64,000 bases of DNA from an uncultured Terriglobales bacterium (GCA_964581225.1 CAZONJ010000005.1:3394-67393); one strand, 5' to 3'. Shown: positions 45,009 to 54,892, numbered from the stretch's first letter. The notes: a model not told the origin generated them from the sequence alone. Translations and numbers: made by a program.

Positions 45009-45699
45009 GATACATGGCTTCCGGCGCTGCTGACCCGAGCTGATAGCCTTTTCCCCGTATGGTATGGATCAGCTTGTGATCGTGGCCGCCGTCAATCTTG
45101 CGGCGCAGGTAATTGATGTACACATCGACAATGTTGGTCATGGTGTCGAAATTGAGGTGCCAGACATTTTCGATGATCATGGTCCGCGTCACCGGCCGGC
45201 CGCAGTTCAGCATGAGGTATTCCAGCAGGGTGAATTCTTTGGGTGTAAGTTCGATCAGCTGTCCTGCGCGCGTGACGGAGCGCTCCACCCTTCTCAGCTC
45301 CAGGTCCTCATAATTCAGGATGGAATCGGAGGAGCGGCCTTGCCCGCGACGGAGCAGCGCCCGGACCCGGGCCGAGAGTTCGGTATAGGAGAACGGCTTG
45401 ATCAGGCAATCGTCAGCGCCTAAGTCGAGACAGCGGACCCGGTCCTCCACTCGATTCCGCGCTGTCAGAATCAATACCGGAACGTTGCTCTGCTTCTCGC
45501 GCAGCTCCTGCAGTATCTCCACGCCATCCCCCGAAGGCAGATTGAGATCGAGGATCATCAAATCGTAGTTATTGGTCAATGCCTGGGCCTTGGCCTCCGC
45601 GCAGTCCTCTACGTGGTCTACGGTGTACGACTCGGCTTCCAGCCCGCGCTGCACAAACGAGGCCAAAGGACGATCATCCTCGACTACCAGAACGCGCAT
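44983..45699 (-). CDS. OmpR-family response regulator
   Basis: MRVLVVEDD...DLMILDLNLP receiver domain and a winged-helix end LTPKEFTLLEYL...IHTIRGKGYQL. Confidence 0.9.
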   Translation of the reverse strand: MRVLVVEDDRPLASFVQRGLEAESYTVDHVEDCAEAKAQALTNNYDLMILDLNLPSGDGVEILQELREKQSNVPVLILTARNRVEDRVRCLDLGADDCLIKPFSYTELSARVRALLRRGQGRSSDSILNYEDLELRRVERSVTRAGQLIELTPKEFTLLEYLMLNCGRPVTRTMIIENVWHLNFDTMTNIVDVYINYLRRKIDGGHDHKLIHTIRGKGYQLGSAAPEAMYLARAAANA

Positions 45700-45983
45700 A
45701 AAATTCTCCTGTTTCTAATGAGGCGATACTTGCAATTGCGATTGTGCTTAATGAGAGCGGAAGGGTCAAATTAATTCTCATTAAAATTATGTGCCGAAAA
45801 GTTAATGAACGAATATTCAGAAACATTTTCGACACCGCTTTATCGAATTTCCTGCTGGCCGGAGCGGACGATAGACCTTTGCTTTCAACAACATGTTTCC
45901 CCCAAGCCCTATGCTGCTCTACTCCCGGAATTTGCATCTTAAAATTGCATATTGGCATTTCCAATCCCCGATCGGCTTAAGCA

Positions 45984-47960
45984 TTGGCGCAACTTACTGA
46001 TATTTCAGAAAAAGCTAGAAATCACGCATCCGGGTTCCAGCGGCAGCTTCCAGTAGGGGCAGAGCCTCTCCCGGAGGGTGGCACGCACTTTCGCGTATGG
46101 GCGCCAGCCCGAAAGAAAGTCGAGGTAGTCCTGCTTCAGGGCGGCCAGTCCCCTCTTGCGATGGAACTGCAAGCGGACCGGGGCGGCTATTTCGCTGGCC
46201 TGGTAGAAAAGGCTGCCGAAGGTACCCTCTACAAGTACCGCCTGGACGGCAAAGACGAATTTCCCGATCCTGCCTCGCGCTTTCAACCCGAGGGGCCGCA
46301 TGGGCCTTCCCAGATAGTCAATCCCGCCCAATTCCAATGGACAGACCAAAACTGGCGCGGCATAGAAATCAGCGGCCAAATCGTTTACGAATTGCACATC
46401 GGGACATTTACTCCTCAAGGAACATATGAAGCTGCCAGCGCTAAACTGCCGTATCTGAAAGAGTTGGGCGTGAACGTAATCGAGATCATGCCGCTGGCCG
46501 ATTTCCCCGGGCGCTTCGGCTGGGGCTACGATGGAGTGGATCTCTTTGCTCCCGCGCATATCTACGGAAAGCCCGAGCATCTCAAGCAGTTTATTAATCA
46601 GTCCCACAAGCTCGGCTTGGCGGTCATTCTCGATGTCGTCTACAACCACCTGGGGCCGGACGGCAACTATCTTACCCAGTTTTCACCGGACTACTTTACC
46701 GGCCAGCATCCCACCGAATGGGGAGAGGCGCTGAACTTCGATGGCCGGAACTGCCATGGTGTGCGCGAATTCTACCTTGCCAATGCCGAATATTGGGTCC
46801 GAGAATTTCATATGGACGGGCTGCGGCTCGATGCCACGCAGGCGATCCATGACTCGTCCGAGGACCACATTGTGGCCGCAATCGCGCGCCGGGTGCGCGA
46901 GTCGGCGGGGGAACGGGCGACCATCATTATTGCCGAGAACGAACCGCAACATGCGGTCCTGGCCCGACCCATCGAGTGGGGCGGTTATGGCATAGACGCC
47001 CTTTGGAACGACGATTTTCATCACAGCGCCCATGTTGCCCTTACCGGACACAAAGAAGCCTATTACACCGACCATTTGGGGGCCCCCCAGGAGTTCATCT
47101 CCGCCGCCAAATATGGTTTTCTGTTCCAAGGCCAGCGATATAGCTGGCAGAAAAAGTTGCGGGGGATGCCGGCGCTGGGATTAAAGCCTTCTTCGTTCGT
47201 CACCTTTCTGGAAAATCATGACCAGGTGGCCAATTCCGCGCGCGGCGCTCGCCTTCATAAGCTCACCAGTCCCGGCCGGTATAAGGCCATGACGGCGCTC
47301 TATCTGCTCGCGCCCGGCACACCTATGCTTTTTCAGGGCCAGGAATTTTTGTCCTCCGCTCCCTTCCTTTATTTTGCCGATCATGACGCAAAGCTCTCCC
47401 GCGCCGTCTTTCACGGCCGGAGAGAGTTCCTGGGACAATTCCCCAGCCTGGCGACACCGGAGATGCGCCAGTGCTTCGACGATCCCTCCGATGAGAAAAC
47501 TTTTCTGCGCTGTAAGCTGGACTGGAGCGAATCGCAAACAAATCAAAATGCCTTGCAAATGATCAAAGACCTGCTGGCCTTACGCCGTGACGATCCCGGA
47601 CTGCGCATGCAGGGCTGGGGCAAGCTGGATGGCGCGGTGCTCGGCCCGAATGCGTTTCTGCTGCGCTACTTTGTTGAAAACGACCAGGACCGCCTACTGT
47701 TGGTGAACCTCGGCATTGATCTTGAACTCTTGCACGCTCCCGAGCCGCTGCTTGCGCCGCCCCAGGGCAAGGTCTGGAGCGTAATCTGGTCTACGGAAGA
47801 TCCCAAATACGGAGGTTGCGGGAGCCCGCATCCGGAGACGGACAATGGTTGGCGCATCTACGGAGAAGCGGCGCTGCTGCTGGCCCCGGTGAATGCTCCC
47901 TCGCAGGCCCAAAATGACGGCTTGAATAAATTCAATAAAAACGATAAGAGAAAAAGTTGA
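45984..47960 (+). CDS. treZ: Malto-oligosyltrehalose trehalohydrolase (GH13)
   Basis: FRVWAPARKKVEVVL, IEIMPLADFPGRFGWGYDGVDLFAP, VILDVVYNHLGPDGNYL, DGLRLDATQAI and ALWNDDFHHS. Apparent TTG start. Confidence 0.85.
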   Translation: MAQLTDISEKARNHASGFQRQLPVGAEPLPEGGTHFRVWAPARKKVEVVLLQGGQSPLAMELQADRGGYFAGLVEKAAEGTLYKYRLDGKDEFPDPASRFQPEGPHGPSQIVNPAQFQWTDQNWRGIEISGQIVYELHIGTFTPQGTYEAASAKLPYLKELGVNVIEIMPLADFPGRFGWGYDGVDLFAPAHIYGKPEHLKQFINQSHKLGLAVILDVVYNHLGPDGNYLTQFSPDYFTGQHPTEWGEALNFDGRNCHGVREFYLANAEYWVREFHMDGLRLDATQAIHDSSEDHIVAAIARRVRESAGERATIIIAENEPQHAVLARPIEWGGYGIDALWNDDFHHSAHVALTGHKEAYYTDHLGAPQEFISAAKYGFLFQGQRYSWQKKLRGMPALGLKPSSFVTFLENHDQVANSARGARLHKLTSPGRYKAMTALYLLAPGTPMLFQGQEFLSSAPFLYFADHDAKLSRAVFHGRREFLGQFPSLATPEMRQCFDDPSDEKTFLRCKLDWSESQTNQNALQMIKDLLALRRDDPGLRMQGWGKLDGAVLGPNAFLLRYFVENDQDRLLLVNLGIDLELLHAPEPLLAPPQGKVWSVIWSTEDPKYGGCGSPHPETDNGWRIYGEAALLLAPVNAPSQAQNDGLNKFNKNDKRKS

Positions 47961-50086
47961 GTAAGCGCCCCCTTTACGTTCGGCCTGAAGACAGCCCGGA
48001 GCGTCGCGCCCTGGACCGTGTTACCCGCGCGCTCACCTGGAATGCGCAAACCGTTCCTGCCGAGGAATGGGAGGTACTGCTTACCCGCGAATGGCTGGTA
48101 ACAAACGGGCTGGGAGGATACGCTTCCGGGACCATCTCCGGCGCCTCGACCCGCCGCTTCCACGGCCTGCTGATCGCGGCGCTCCCCTCTCCCCACGGCC
48201 GCACCATGATGTTGAACGATGTGACCGAGCAGATCATCTTTCCCAACGGCGACTCCTTCCAGCTCGGCGGAGAGGAAACCGCCTCCGGCAAAACCGATTT
48301 GCGCAGCGCCAAATATCTTACCCAGTTCAGCCTGAGGGCCGGCCTGCCGGTGTGGACATTCTCCCTGGGAGACGTGTTGCTCGAAAAGCGGCTCCATCTG
48401 GTGCATGCCCAGAATACGGTCCACCTCTCCTACAGCATAAAAGGGCCACACCCAGTCACGGTCCTGCTTCGCCCTTCGGTTTATTTCCGCTCTCATGAAG
48501 GGTCTCTCTCCGGCCTCAATATCCATTCTTATTCGCTGCACCCTGCCGGAAATAATGGCTGCGAAATATCGAATGGCTCCAACCTCGGTCCGCTTCGCCT
48601 CTTACTCCATGGGGAACAGGCGAAACTCGATGTTGATTCCGCCGAAACCCCCGATTTGCGCTTTCGCATCGAGCAAAGCCGGGGATACGACTTCCAGGGC
48701 AATCTGTGGTCGCCGGGCTTTTTCAGCTTCAATCTTCAGCCGGACGGCGTGGCCACATTGATCGGTTCCACGGAACCATGGGAGATTGTGCGCGCCCTTC
48801 AGCCGGAAGAGGCGTTGCATTCTGAATTTGAGCGCCGCCGCCGCTTGCTCAGCCATGTTCCGCTGGCGGCCAGCGAAGAGATCGCGGCGGAGATGGTGCT
48901 GGCGGCAGACCAGTTCATCATCACTCCCGCCGGGCGACTCCTGGATGAAGCGCGCGCGCTTGCCGCCGGGGATGAGGTCCGCACCGTGATCGCCGGTTAT
49001 CACTGGTTCACCGATTGGGGACGCGACACCATGGTCAGCCTGGAAGGGCTTACGCTCACCACCGGCCGCCATGTGGAAGCCGGTTACATCCTGCGCACCT
49101 TTGCGCAGTACATACGCGACGGGCTGATCCCCAATATGTTCCCGGAAGGCAAGAATGATGGCCTTTACCACACCGCTGATGCTACCCTCTGGTTTTTTCA
49201 TGCCGTAAAGCGTTACATGGATTTCACCAGCGACCGGGCAACACTGCGATTGCTACTGCCTCATTTGATTGACATCGTGAACTGCCATCTGCAGGGGACG
49301 CGCTTTGGCATCAAAGTGGGTCCCGAGGACGGCCTGCTGCGCCAGGGTGCGGAGGGCTACCAGCTCACCTGGATGGACGCCAAGGTCGGCGATTGGGTGG
49401 TAACGCCGCGCCGGGGCAAGGCGGTGGAGATCAATGCCCTCTGGTATAACGCGCTTCGCCTGCTGGAAAGCTGGACGCGCGAAGAGCGCAACGACAATCT
49501 TGCCGGCGTTTACGCCGCCCATGCCAAACGCGCTCATGAGAGCTTCAACCGGCGCTTTTGGTATGCACAAGGCCGGTATCTCTACGATGTAATCGATGGG
49601 GAAAACGGGGACGATGCGGCGTGCCGTCCAAACCAGCTCTTTGCTATCTCTCTAGACCATCCCGTCCTGGAGCGTAAATACTGGGAGCCGGTCCTCGATG
49701 TAGTCCGCGAAAAGCTGCTTACCCCAGTTGGCCTGCGTTCGCTCTCAGCCGGCCATCCGGATTACAAGCCGCGTTATGATGGCGACCTGCGCGCCCGCGA
49801 TGCCGCTTACCATCAAGGCACGGTCTGGGGATGGCTGATCGGTCCATTTGTAGACGCTTACCTGAAGCTGCATCCGCACGACTCGCGTACGGCGCGAGGC
49901 TTTCTGGAAGGTTTTACCCACCATCTGAATGAAGCCTGCATCGGCTCAGTAAGCGAGATCTTCGATGCCGCCCCCCCATTCACGCCCCGCGGCTGCATCG
50001 CCCAGGCGTGGAGCGTTGCCGAGCTCCTGCGCTGCTGGGTCAAGACCGCTGGCGTCAGTGCGCAAAGACGCGATGCTGCGGCTTAG
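47957..50086 (+). CDS. Glycogen debranching enzyme (amylo-alpha-1,6-glucosidase, GDE N- plus C-domains)
   Basis: REWLVTNGLGGYASGTISGASTRRFHGLLIAAL and GYHWFTDWGRDTMVSLEGL. The TTG start overlaps the treZ stop (TTGA). Confidence 0.8.
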   Translation: MSKRPLYVRPEDSPERRALDRVTRALTWNAQTVPAEEWEVLLTREWLVTNGLGGYASGTISGASTRRFHGLLIAALPSPHGRTMMLNDVTEQIIFPNGDSFQLGGEETASGKTDLRSAKYLTQFSLRAGLPVWTFSLGDVLLEKRLHLVHAQNTVHLSYSIKGPHPVTVLLRPSVYFRSHEGSLSGLNIHSYSLHPAGNNGCEISNGSNLGPLRLLLHGEQAKLDVDSAETPDLRFRIEQSRGYDFQGNLWSPGFFSFNLQPDGVATLIGSTEPWEIVRALQPEEALHSEFERRRRLLSHVPLAASEEIAAEMVLAADQFIITPAGRLLDEARALAAGDEVRTVIAGYHWFTDWGRDTMVSLEGLTLTTGRHVEAGYILRTFAQYIRDGLIPNMFPEGKNDGLYHTADATLWFFHAVKRYMDFTSDRATLRLLLPHLIDIVNCHLQGTRFGIKVGPEDGLLRQGAEGYQLTWMDAKVGDWVVTPRRGKAVEINALWYNALRLLESWTREERNDNLAGVYAAHAKRAHESFNRRFWYAQGRYLYDVIDGENGDDAACRPNQLFAISLDHPVLERKYWEPVLDVVREKLLTPVGLRSLSAGHPDYKPRYDGDLRARDAAYHQGTVWGWLIGPFVDAYLKLHPHDSRTARGFLEGFTHHLNEACIGSVSEIFDAAPPFTPRGCIAQAWSVAELLRCWVKTAGVSAQRRDAAA

Positions 50087-52868
50087 GCATCGTCCGATCG
50101 CCCATGCGATCTCTCCATAGCATGGCGTTCAACTGCTGCGTGTCGGCGGCATCGGCATGGGAGAAATCCATCTTTTCTGAGGCCGCCGCACCCGGTCCCT
50201 TTGTGGGATTCACCTGGTAGATCAGCCCATTGGTTGCGTTGCGCGTCTCCGCCGTGAATGCCGGCTGTTTTCCGTCGCCCGCAAACAGCGGCGCCATCAG
50301 CGCGGCCCGGGCGTCATTGTTATTCATCGGAGGCGCGCCCAATAATGCCTCCATAGTGCGGACCACGTTTACCGTGGTGTAGAACGTGTGGTCCACAAAT
50401 GGTTGTGTGCCTGATGCCCCATGGCGCGGCGAATATTTACTGATCGCCAGGGCGATGCTGCGGTGCGCGTCCACATGATCGACGCCATCCTGGGCATCGT
50501 CTTCCAGCACGAAAATGGCGGTATCGTTCCAGTATGGACTGTGGGAAACGGCCTCGACCACGCGCCCCAGGGCAAGGTCATTGTCCGCGATGGCGGCGCT
50601 GGGAGTGGCCTTCATCGCCTTCATGCCAGAGGTATGATCGTTGGGAAGCCGGAGCAATATGAATTGCGGAAGCTGCTCGCCTCGTCCGCTCTTCTTCGCT
50701 TCGACAAACTGGGAAAACTCGTTCAGAAACTCGTCGGCGCGAAGCTGGTCGGGAAACTCCAGCCTGAAGTCCGGATACCTCGGATCGAAATGATCGCGCA
50801 GCTCCGGTTTGGCGGAAACATTACGCGCCAGCATGGGAACATCCCAGGGCCACGGGCTGACGTTCCCATGCGGCTGGCCCAGGTAATCGGGCAGCGCCTC
50901 CCCTTTATGGACGACGCTGCGCGGGCAGTTTACGCCTCCCTCGCCGGGAGTGCCTTCCATCGGAGACTGCGTCGTCTCAGGCGCGGCGCACCACACCGTC
51001 CCAACGAATTCGCCGTAGTGCCGGTAGGAGATTCCGTGGCGGGCAAAGTTCGTCCACAAATATCCTGTACCGGGCTCATCGATGTCGGGAATGCCTTCCT
51101 CCATGGGATACCCATGGACCACGTCGCCTTCGAAGTCATAGGTGCGTTCCTTGCTGCGATAGTTGATCGGCCAAATTTTCTCCGTGTAGTCGCTGGTGAT
51201 GGCTGCGGTAGACCACACATGACCATCGCCCGATACCTCCCCGCTATCGTAAAAATTGTCGAGCACCCCAAACTGGCGCGCCAGCTTGTGCTCATTGGGC
51301 GTGATCTCCTCTCCATACATGGTAAGCGAGGGGTCTCCATCACCTATGCCGAGGTCCCCGAGGATCTGGTCGTAGGTGCGGTTCTCTTTGATCACATAAA
51401 TTACATGATGAATGGGATTGCCGCCGGCCCGGAAGGCGATCGGGGCGATGTTGCCGCGCATCAGGTTACTGGCCATTACGTTCTCGGTATATTCGCGCAG
51501 ATGCGCCCTGAGACCGTCCAGCGGAATGCGGGCCACCGATCCATAGAGCAACGAGGCTATATAAGGATGTCCACCGTGGCGGCCGGCCACCGCTCCTGGC
51601 GGCAAAAGGGTATTGTTAGGCCCCGTGCCCCGCGCCTTTCCCGCCACCACAAATAAATTTCCTGCGACTACACGCACCGCGGTCGGATACCACTCCGCCG
51701 GAACGAAGCCAATGGCGATGTTCTGCTGTGATTTCAGATCGAAGACTGCGACCGCGTCGGCGCTGGCTTCGGCGGCAAATAGTGTGCCGCCGTCCTGGGA
51801 TTGCGCCAGGCCGATGGGATATGTTCCTCCATATTGCTGTCCTGGCAGGCGAGTACTCAAAAAGCGCGGCGAAGCCGGACGATCGCGGTCCACCACGGCG
51901 ACCTCATCGGTATTCGCCAATGCCACATAGAGCTTTCGCTCGTCCGGGCTCAGAAGCATCGCAGTGGGATGCGAGCCAGCCTGTGTCTTCTCCGCGGGTA
52001 GGCGCAAGCTGATAAACCGGCGGACCTGTCCGCTCCGCAGATCGAGTTCGGCAACGCGCGAGGCATTCCACAAACTCACGTAGCCGGTGCTTCCATCTTT
52101 TGTGACCACGACCCCATAAGGAAAGCTGCCCGGAACCGTCGAGTAAAGGCTGAGATCGAAGTGATGAGTAATTTCACCGCTCTGGGCATTGAGCAGCACG
52201 GCCTCATCGGAGAGATTGTTTGCCACCAGCAGCATCTCCCCGGTGGAATTGTCTCCCGGAACGACGGCCAGCTCCGCGGGAAAAGAAATGAGCTGGTCGG
52301 GAGCATTGCGCTCATCCACATGAGTTTTCTTGCCTGCGGGAAGCTTGCCCATGGGGATTTTTATGAAGCGCTCGGGAGCAAGCTCGCCATTCTGAAAGCT
52401 GTAAACCGCAATGCCGTTTCCGGTATCGCCCTGGCTGTTGCCATCCGGATCGGAGAGAGAGCCCATGCTGGCATAGACCTTGTGTCCATCGGCGCTGAAG
52501 ACGACGCCGTAAAAATACGTCTGGCGAGCATTTTGCTTGAGGCGCGGGTCGGGAAAGTCTTTAAGCGACATTTCGCGTGAACTGCCCGCCTTCGTGTCCA
52601 CGATGGCAATGGATTGCGAATAATCCGACTCGCGCGTGCCCCAGCCATTGTTCACAATCGCGATATAGCGTCCGTCCGGACTGACCGCCATGGCCGAGGG
52701 AAAGCCGTTCGTCTTCTCCGGATCTCCGGGCACAGGTTCCAGCAGCAGTTTGCCGGAAGGCAGCGCGACCTGCTGCTTCCCCGGAGCAGGCCTCTGGCCG
52801 TTAAGCCTTTGATGGAAGAGAAAGAACGCGCACAACAGCAGAGCGAGTATCGGAAGTGTTTTTTTCAT
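50055..52868 (-). CDS. Secreted fusion: YncE-like beta-propeller plus phosphoesterase (phospholipase C/acid phosphatase AcpA family)
   Basis: Signal peptide MKKTLPILALLLCAFFLF and N-terminal propeller repeats. The C-terminal part has HHVIYVIKENRTYDQILGDL and VLEDDAQDGVDHVDAHRS, phosphoesterase-family motifs. Confidence 0.75.
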   Translation of the reverse strand: MKKTLPILALLLCAFFLFHQRLNGQRPAPGKQQVALPSGKLLLEPVPGDPEKTNGFPSAMAVSPDGRYIAIVNNGWGTRESDYSQSIAIVDTKAGSSREMSLKDFPDPRLKQNARQTYFYGVVFSADGHKVYASMGSLSDPDGNSQGDTGNGIAVYSFQNGELAPERFIKIPMGKLPAGKKTHVDERNAPDQLISFPAELAVVPGDNSTGEMLLVANNLSDEAVLLNAQSGEITHHFDLSLYSTVPGSFPYGVVVTKDGSTGYVSLWNASRVAELDLRSGQVRRFISLRLPAEKTQAGSHPTAMLLSPDERKLYVALANTDEVAVVDRDRPASPRFLSTRLPGQQYGGTYPIGLAQSQDGGTLFAAEASADAVAVFDLKSQQNIAIGFVPAEWYPTAVRVVAGNLFVVAGKARGTGPNNTLLPPGAVAGRHGGHPYIASLLYGSVARIPLDGLRAHLREYTENVMASNLMRGNIAPIAFRAGGNPIHHVIYVIKENRTYDQILGDLGIGDGDPSLTMYGEEITPNEHKLARQFGVLDNFYDSGEVSGDGHVWSTAAITSDYTEKIWPINYRSKERTYDFEGDVVHGYPMEEGIPDIDEPGTGYLWTNFARHGISYRHYGEFVGTVWCAAPETTQSPMEGTPGEGGVNCPRSVVHKGEALPDYLGQPHGNVSPWPWDVPMLARNVSAKPELRDHFDPRYPDFRLEFPDQLRADEFLNEFSQFVEAKKSGRGEQLPQFILLRLPNDHTSGMKAMKATPSAAIADNDLALGRVVEAVSHSPYWNDTAIFVLEDDAQDGVDHVDAHRSIALAISKYSPRHGASGTQPFVDHTFYTTVNVVRTMEALLGAPPMNNNDARAALMAPLFAGDGKQPAFTAETRNATNGLIYQVNPTKGPGAAASEKMDFSHADAADTQQLNAMLWRDRMGDRTMPKPQHRVFAH

Positions 52869-53019
52869 GCCGCTTCATTGTAATGGGGGCTTTTGAATCC
52901 TCCATGAAATCGGAAAAGAAATTTTATCGGCCACCGATGGCTTGCCAACAGCCTGCACATAAAGAGCTTTGCCGGTTGCTCGAAGGATTTGCACTCCGAT
53001 CTCGAAACAGCATGACATG

Positions 53020-54201
53020 CTACTGTCCTACCAACCGCGCCAGGCGCTCGATCCCTTCGGCAAACTCCTGCTCGGGGGTAATCAGGCTCACCACCAGAAA
53101 CCCTTCCTGGGGAAAATCATAGAAGTGTCCGGGATGCACCACCACTGATTGTTCGCGCATCAGCGCAATGGCCAGCTCTTCGTCGGAGCGGGTCACCGGG
53201 ACGCGCAACACCGCATACCATCCGCCCTGCACTTCCAAACGCGAGATTAATTTCTGCTCCCGAAGGTTGCCGTCCAGCGTCTTGAGATTTTTTTTGGCGC
53301 GTCTGCGCACCTGCTCCTGGATGGCCTTGCGCTGCCGCAACAGGACGGGCGTCGCCAACTGCAACGGCGCATTCATCGAAAGATATGTGTCCGCAATCAC
53401 CTCAAGGCGCTCTTCGGCTTGGCGGCGCAGCTGCTCGGGACCATTGATCACGATCCAGCCGACCTTCATCTGGGGCAGGCACGCGATCTTCGATAGGCCG
53501 CTCAAGGTAAACGTCAGGCATTGGGTGTTAAGGACAAAGCTATGGGGGACCTTCGCGGAAAGTAAATAATCGAGAAAGACCTCATCGGAGATGATCGCGA
53601 GATTGTTTTCCGCGCAGATTGCAGCCAGTTCCGCCGCCTCGTCGCTGCCGATGAATGAACCCGTGGGATTATTGGGATGCACCACCATTACCGCGCGCGC
53701 CCCATCGGCGATCGCCGAGCGCAGCGCCGCCATGTCCACCTGCCAGCCATGGTCGTAGTGCAGCGGATAGGCGACGAGCTTTACGTCCTGGATCTCGGCC
53801 AGAAAATCAAAGAGCGGATAGCTTGGCCGTGGCGCCAGGATTTGCTCACCGGGATTGCACAGCAGCCGGAAGAGAAATGAGTAAGCCTCGCTGGTTCCGG
53901 TGGTCAGGAATATCTGCTCCGGCGATATGCTTGCCGTGGAGCCCATGGAGCGGGCATGCTCCCCGTAATACTCGCTCACCGCCTCCCTCGCTGTTAACAA
54001 TCCTCGCGGCTCGGGGTGATAGACCAGCGCCTCAGGATTCGTCAGCGAACCCAGGATTGCATCATCGTCGAAATGGAAGCCGCAGGTGGTGGGATTGGAT
54101 GCGGTCAGATCCAGCAGCCTCGCTCCCGACCTCCGCAACCGGTCCAGCTCTTCCGAATAGCGGTTTCTCTTGAGCTGCCATGACGTCCTCGACGCAAACA
54201 T
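53020..54201 (-). CDS. Class I/II pyridoxal-phosphate-dependent aminotransferase
   Basis: LLDLTASNPT opening, VVHPNNPTGSF and SGLSKIACLPQMKVGW (PLP-lysine region). Confidence 0.8.
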   Translation of the reverse strand: MFASRTSWQLKRNRYSEELDRLRRSGARLLDLTASNPTTCGFHFDDDAILGSLTNPEALVYHPEPRGLLTAREAVSEYYGEHARSMGSTASISPEQIFLTTGTSEAYSFLFRLLCNPGEQILAPRPSYPLFDFLAEIQDVKLVAYPLHYDHGWQVDMAALRSAIADGARAVMVVHPNNPTGSFIGSDEAAELAAICAENNLAIISDEVFLDYLLSAKVPHSFVLNTQCLTFTLSGLSKIACLPQMKVGWIVINGPEQLRRQAEERLEVIADTYLSMNAPLQLATPVLLRQRKAIQEQVRRRAKKNLKTLDGNLREQKLISRLEVQGGWYAVLRVPVTRSDEELAIALMREQSVVVHPGHFYDFPQEGFLVVSLITPEQEFAEGIERLARLVGQ

Positions 54202-54269
54202 AGTCCCACTCTATCAAAGTGCCTCACGTAGGACCGCATCACGATATCCAATTGGACCTCATGCATTTA

Positions 54270-54587
54270 TCAAGCAGCGGCGTCTTCGCCTCTGGAATCC
54301 GTTTTGTTCTTGCCTGCGCCTTCCCGCTCACGATCTGTCGAGCGGCGGTTACGTGGCTCTGCGTCGGCCGGGAGTTCGGCGAGAACTGAGGTTACACTGT
54401 CGCCGATGAAGTCCGCATTGCCGCCCTCCTGCGTGGGACGTCCGGCTGCTTCGATTTCAGTGTTGCCGGAAATGATCTGAGTTCCACCCGTGAACGGCGG
54501 GTTATCTTGCTGCACTGTATTCTCTCCGGCGCTGCTTCCCTCGTCCTCTTCCCTCCGAATCATCTTCTTGCGATCTTTTTCTGCCAT
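54270..54587 (-). CDS. Small hydrophilic, highly charged protein (105 aa), unknown function
   Basis: Strong RBS: TAAGGAGAACCAA precedes the ATG on the minus strand. The composition is low-complexity and rich in E, D, R and G. Confidence 0.45.
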   Translation of the reverse strand: MAEKDRKKMIRREEDEGSSAGENTVQQDNPPFTGGTQIISGNTEIEAAGRPTQEGGNADFIGDSVTSVLAELPADAEPRNRRSTDREREGAGKNKTDSRGEDAAA

Positions 54588-54706
54588 TTGGTTCTCCTTA
54601 AAAATTAGCTGTTGGTTTGGATGCCTTTCGCCCCCATTGCATCCTAGAAAGAAGACAACAAATCAGCAGCGTGGAGTACCTCGGCGCGAGCAATATGGGA
54701 GCAGTT

Positions 54707-54892
54707 ATGGCGGATTGCAATAAAGAGAATAAATGGAATCCAGGGATGAACTCAGACTCGGAGCCACAGCCGATCGAAGATCCTGATTTCGGGACTGGCA
54801 TGGAATATGAATCCGGCGACCGGGACCGCGATCTCTCAAAAGCGGATAAGATCCGCAGCCAATGGGAGAAGACCCGAAAGCCGGAAAAGTAG
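54707..54892 (+). CDS. Possible small acidic protein (61 aa). Weak call.
   Basis: ATG at 54707 with GGGAGC 4 nt upstream. The product is acidic and low-complexity (DSEPQPIEDPDFGTGMEYESGDRDRD). It is divergent from 54270-54587. Confidence 0.25.
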   Translation: MADCNKENKWNPGMNSDSEPQPIEDPDFGTGMEYESGDRDRDLSKADKIRSQWEKTRKPEK

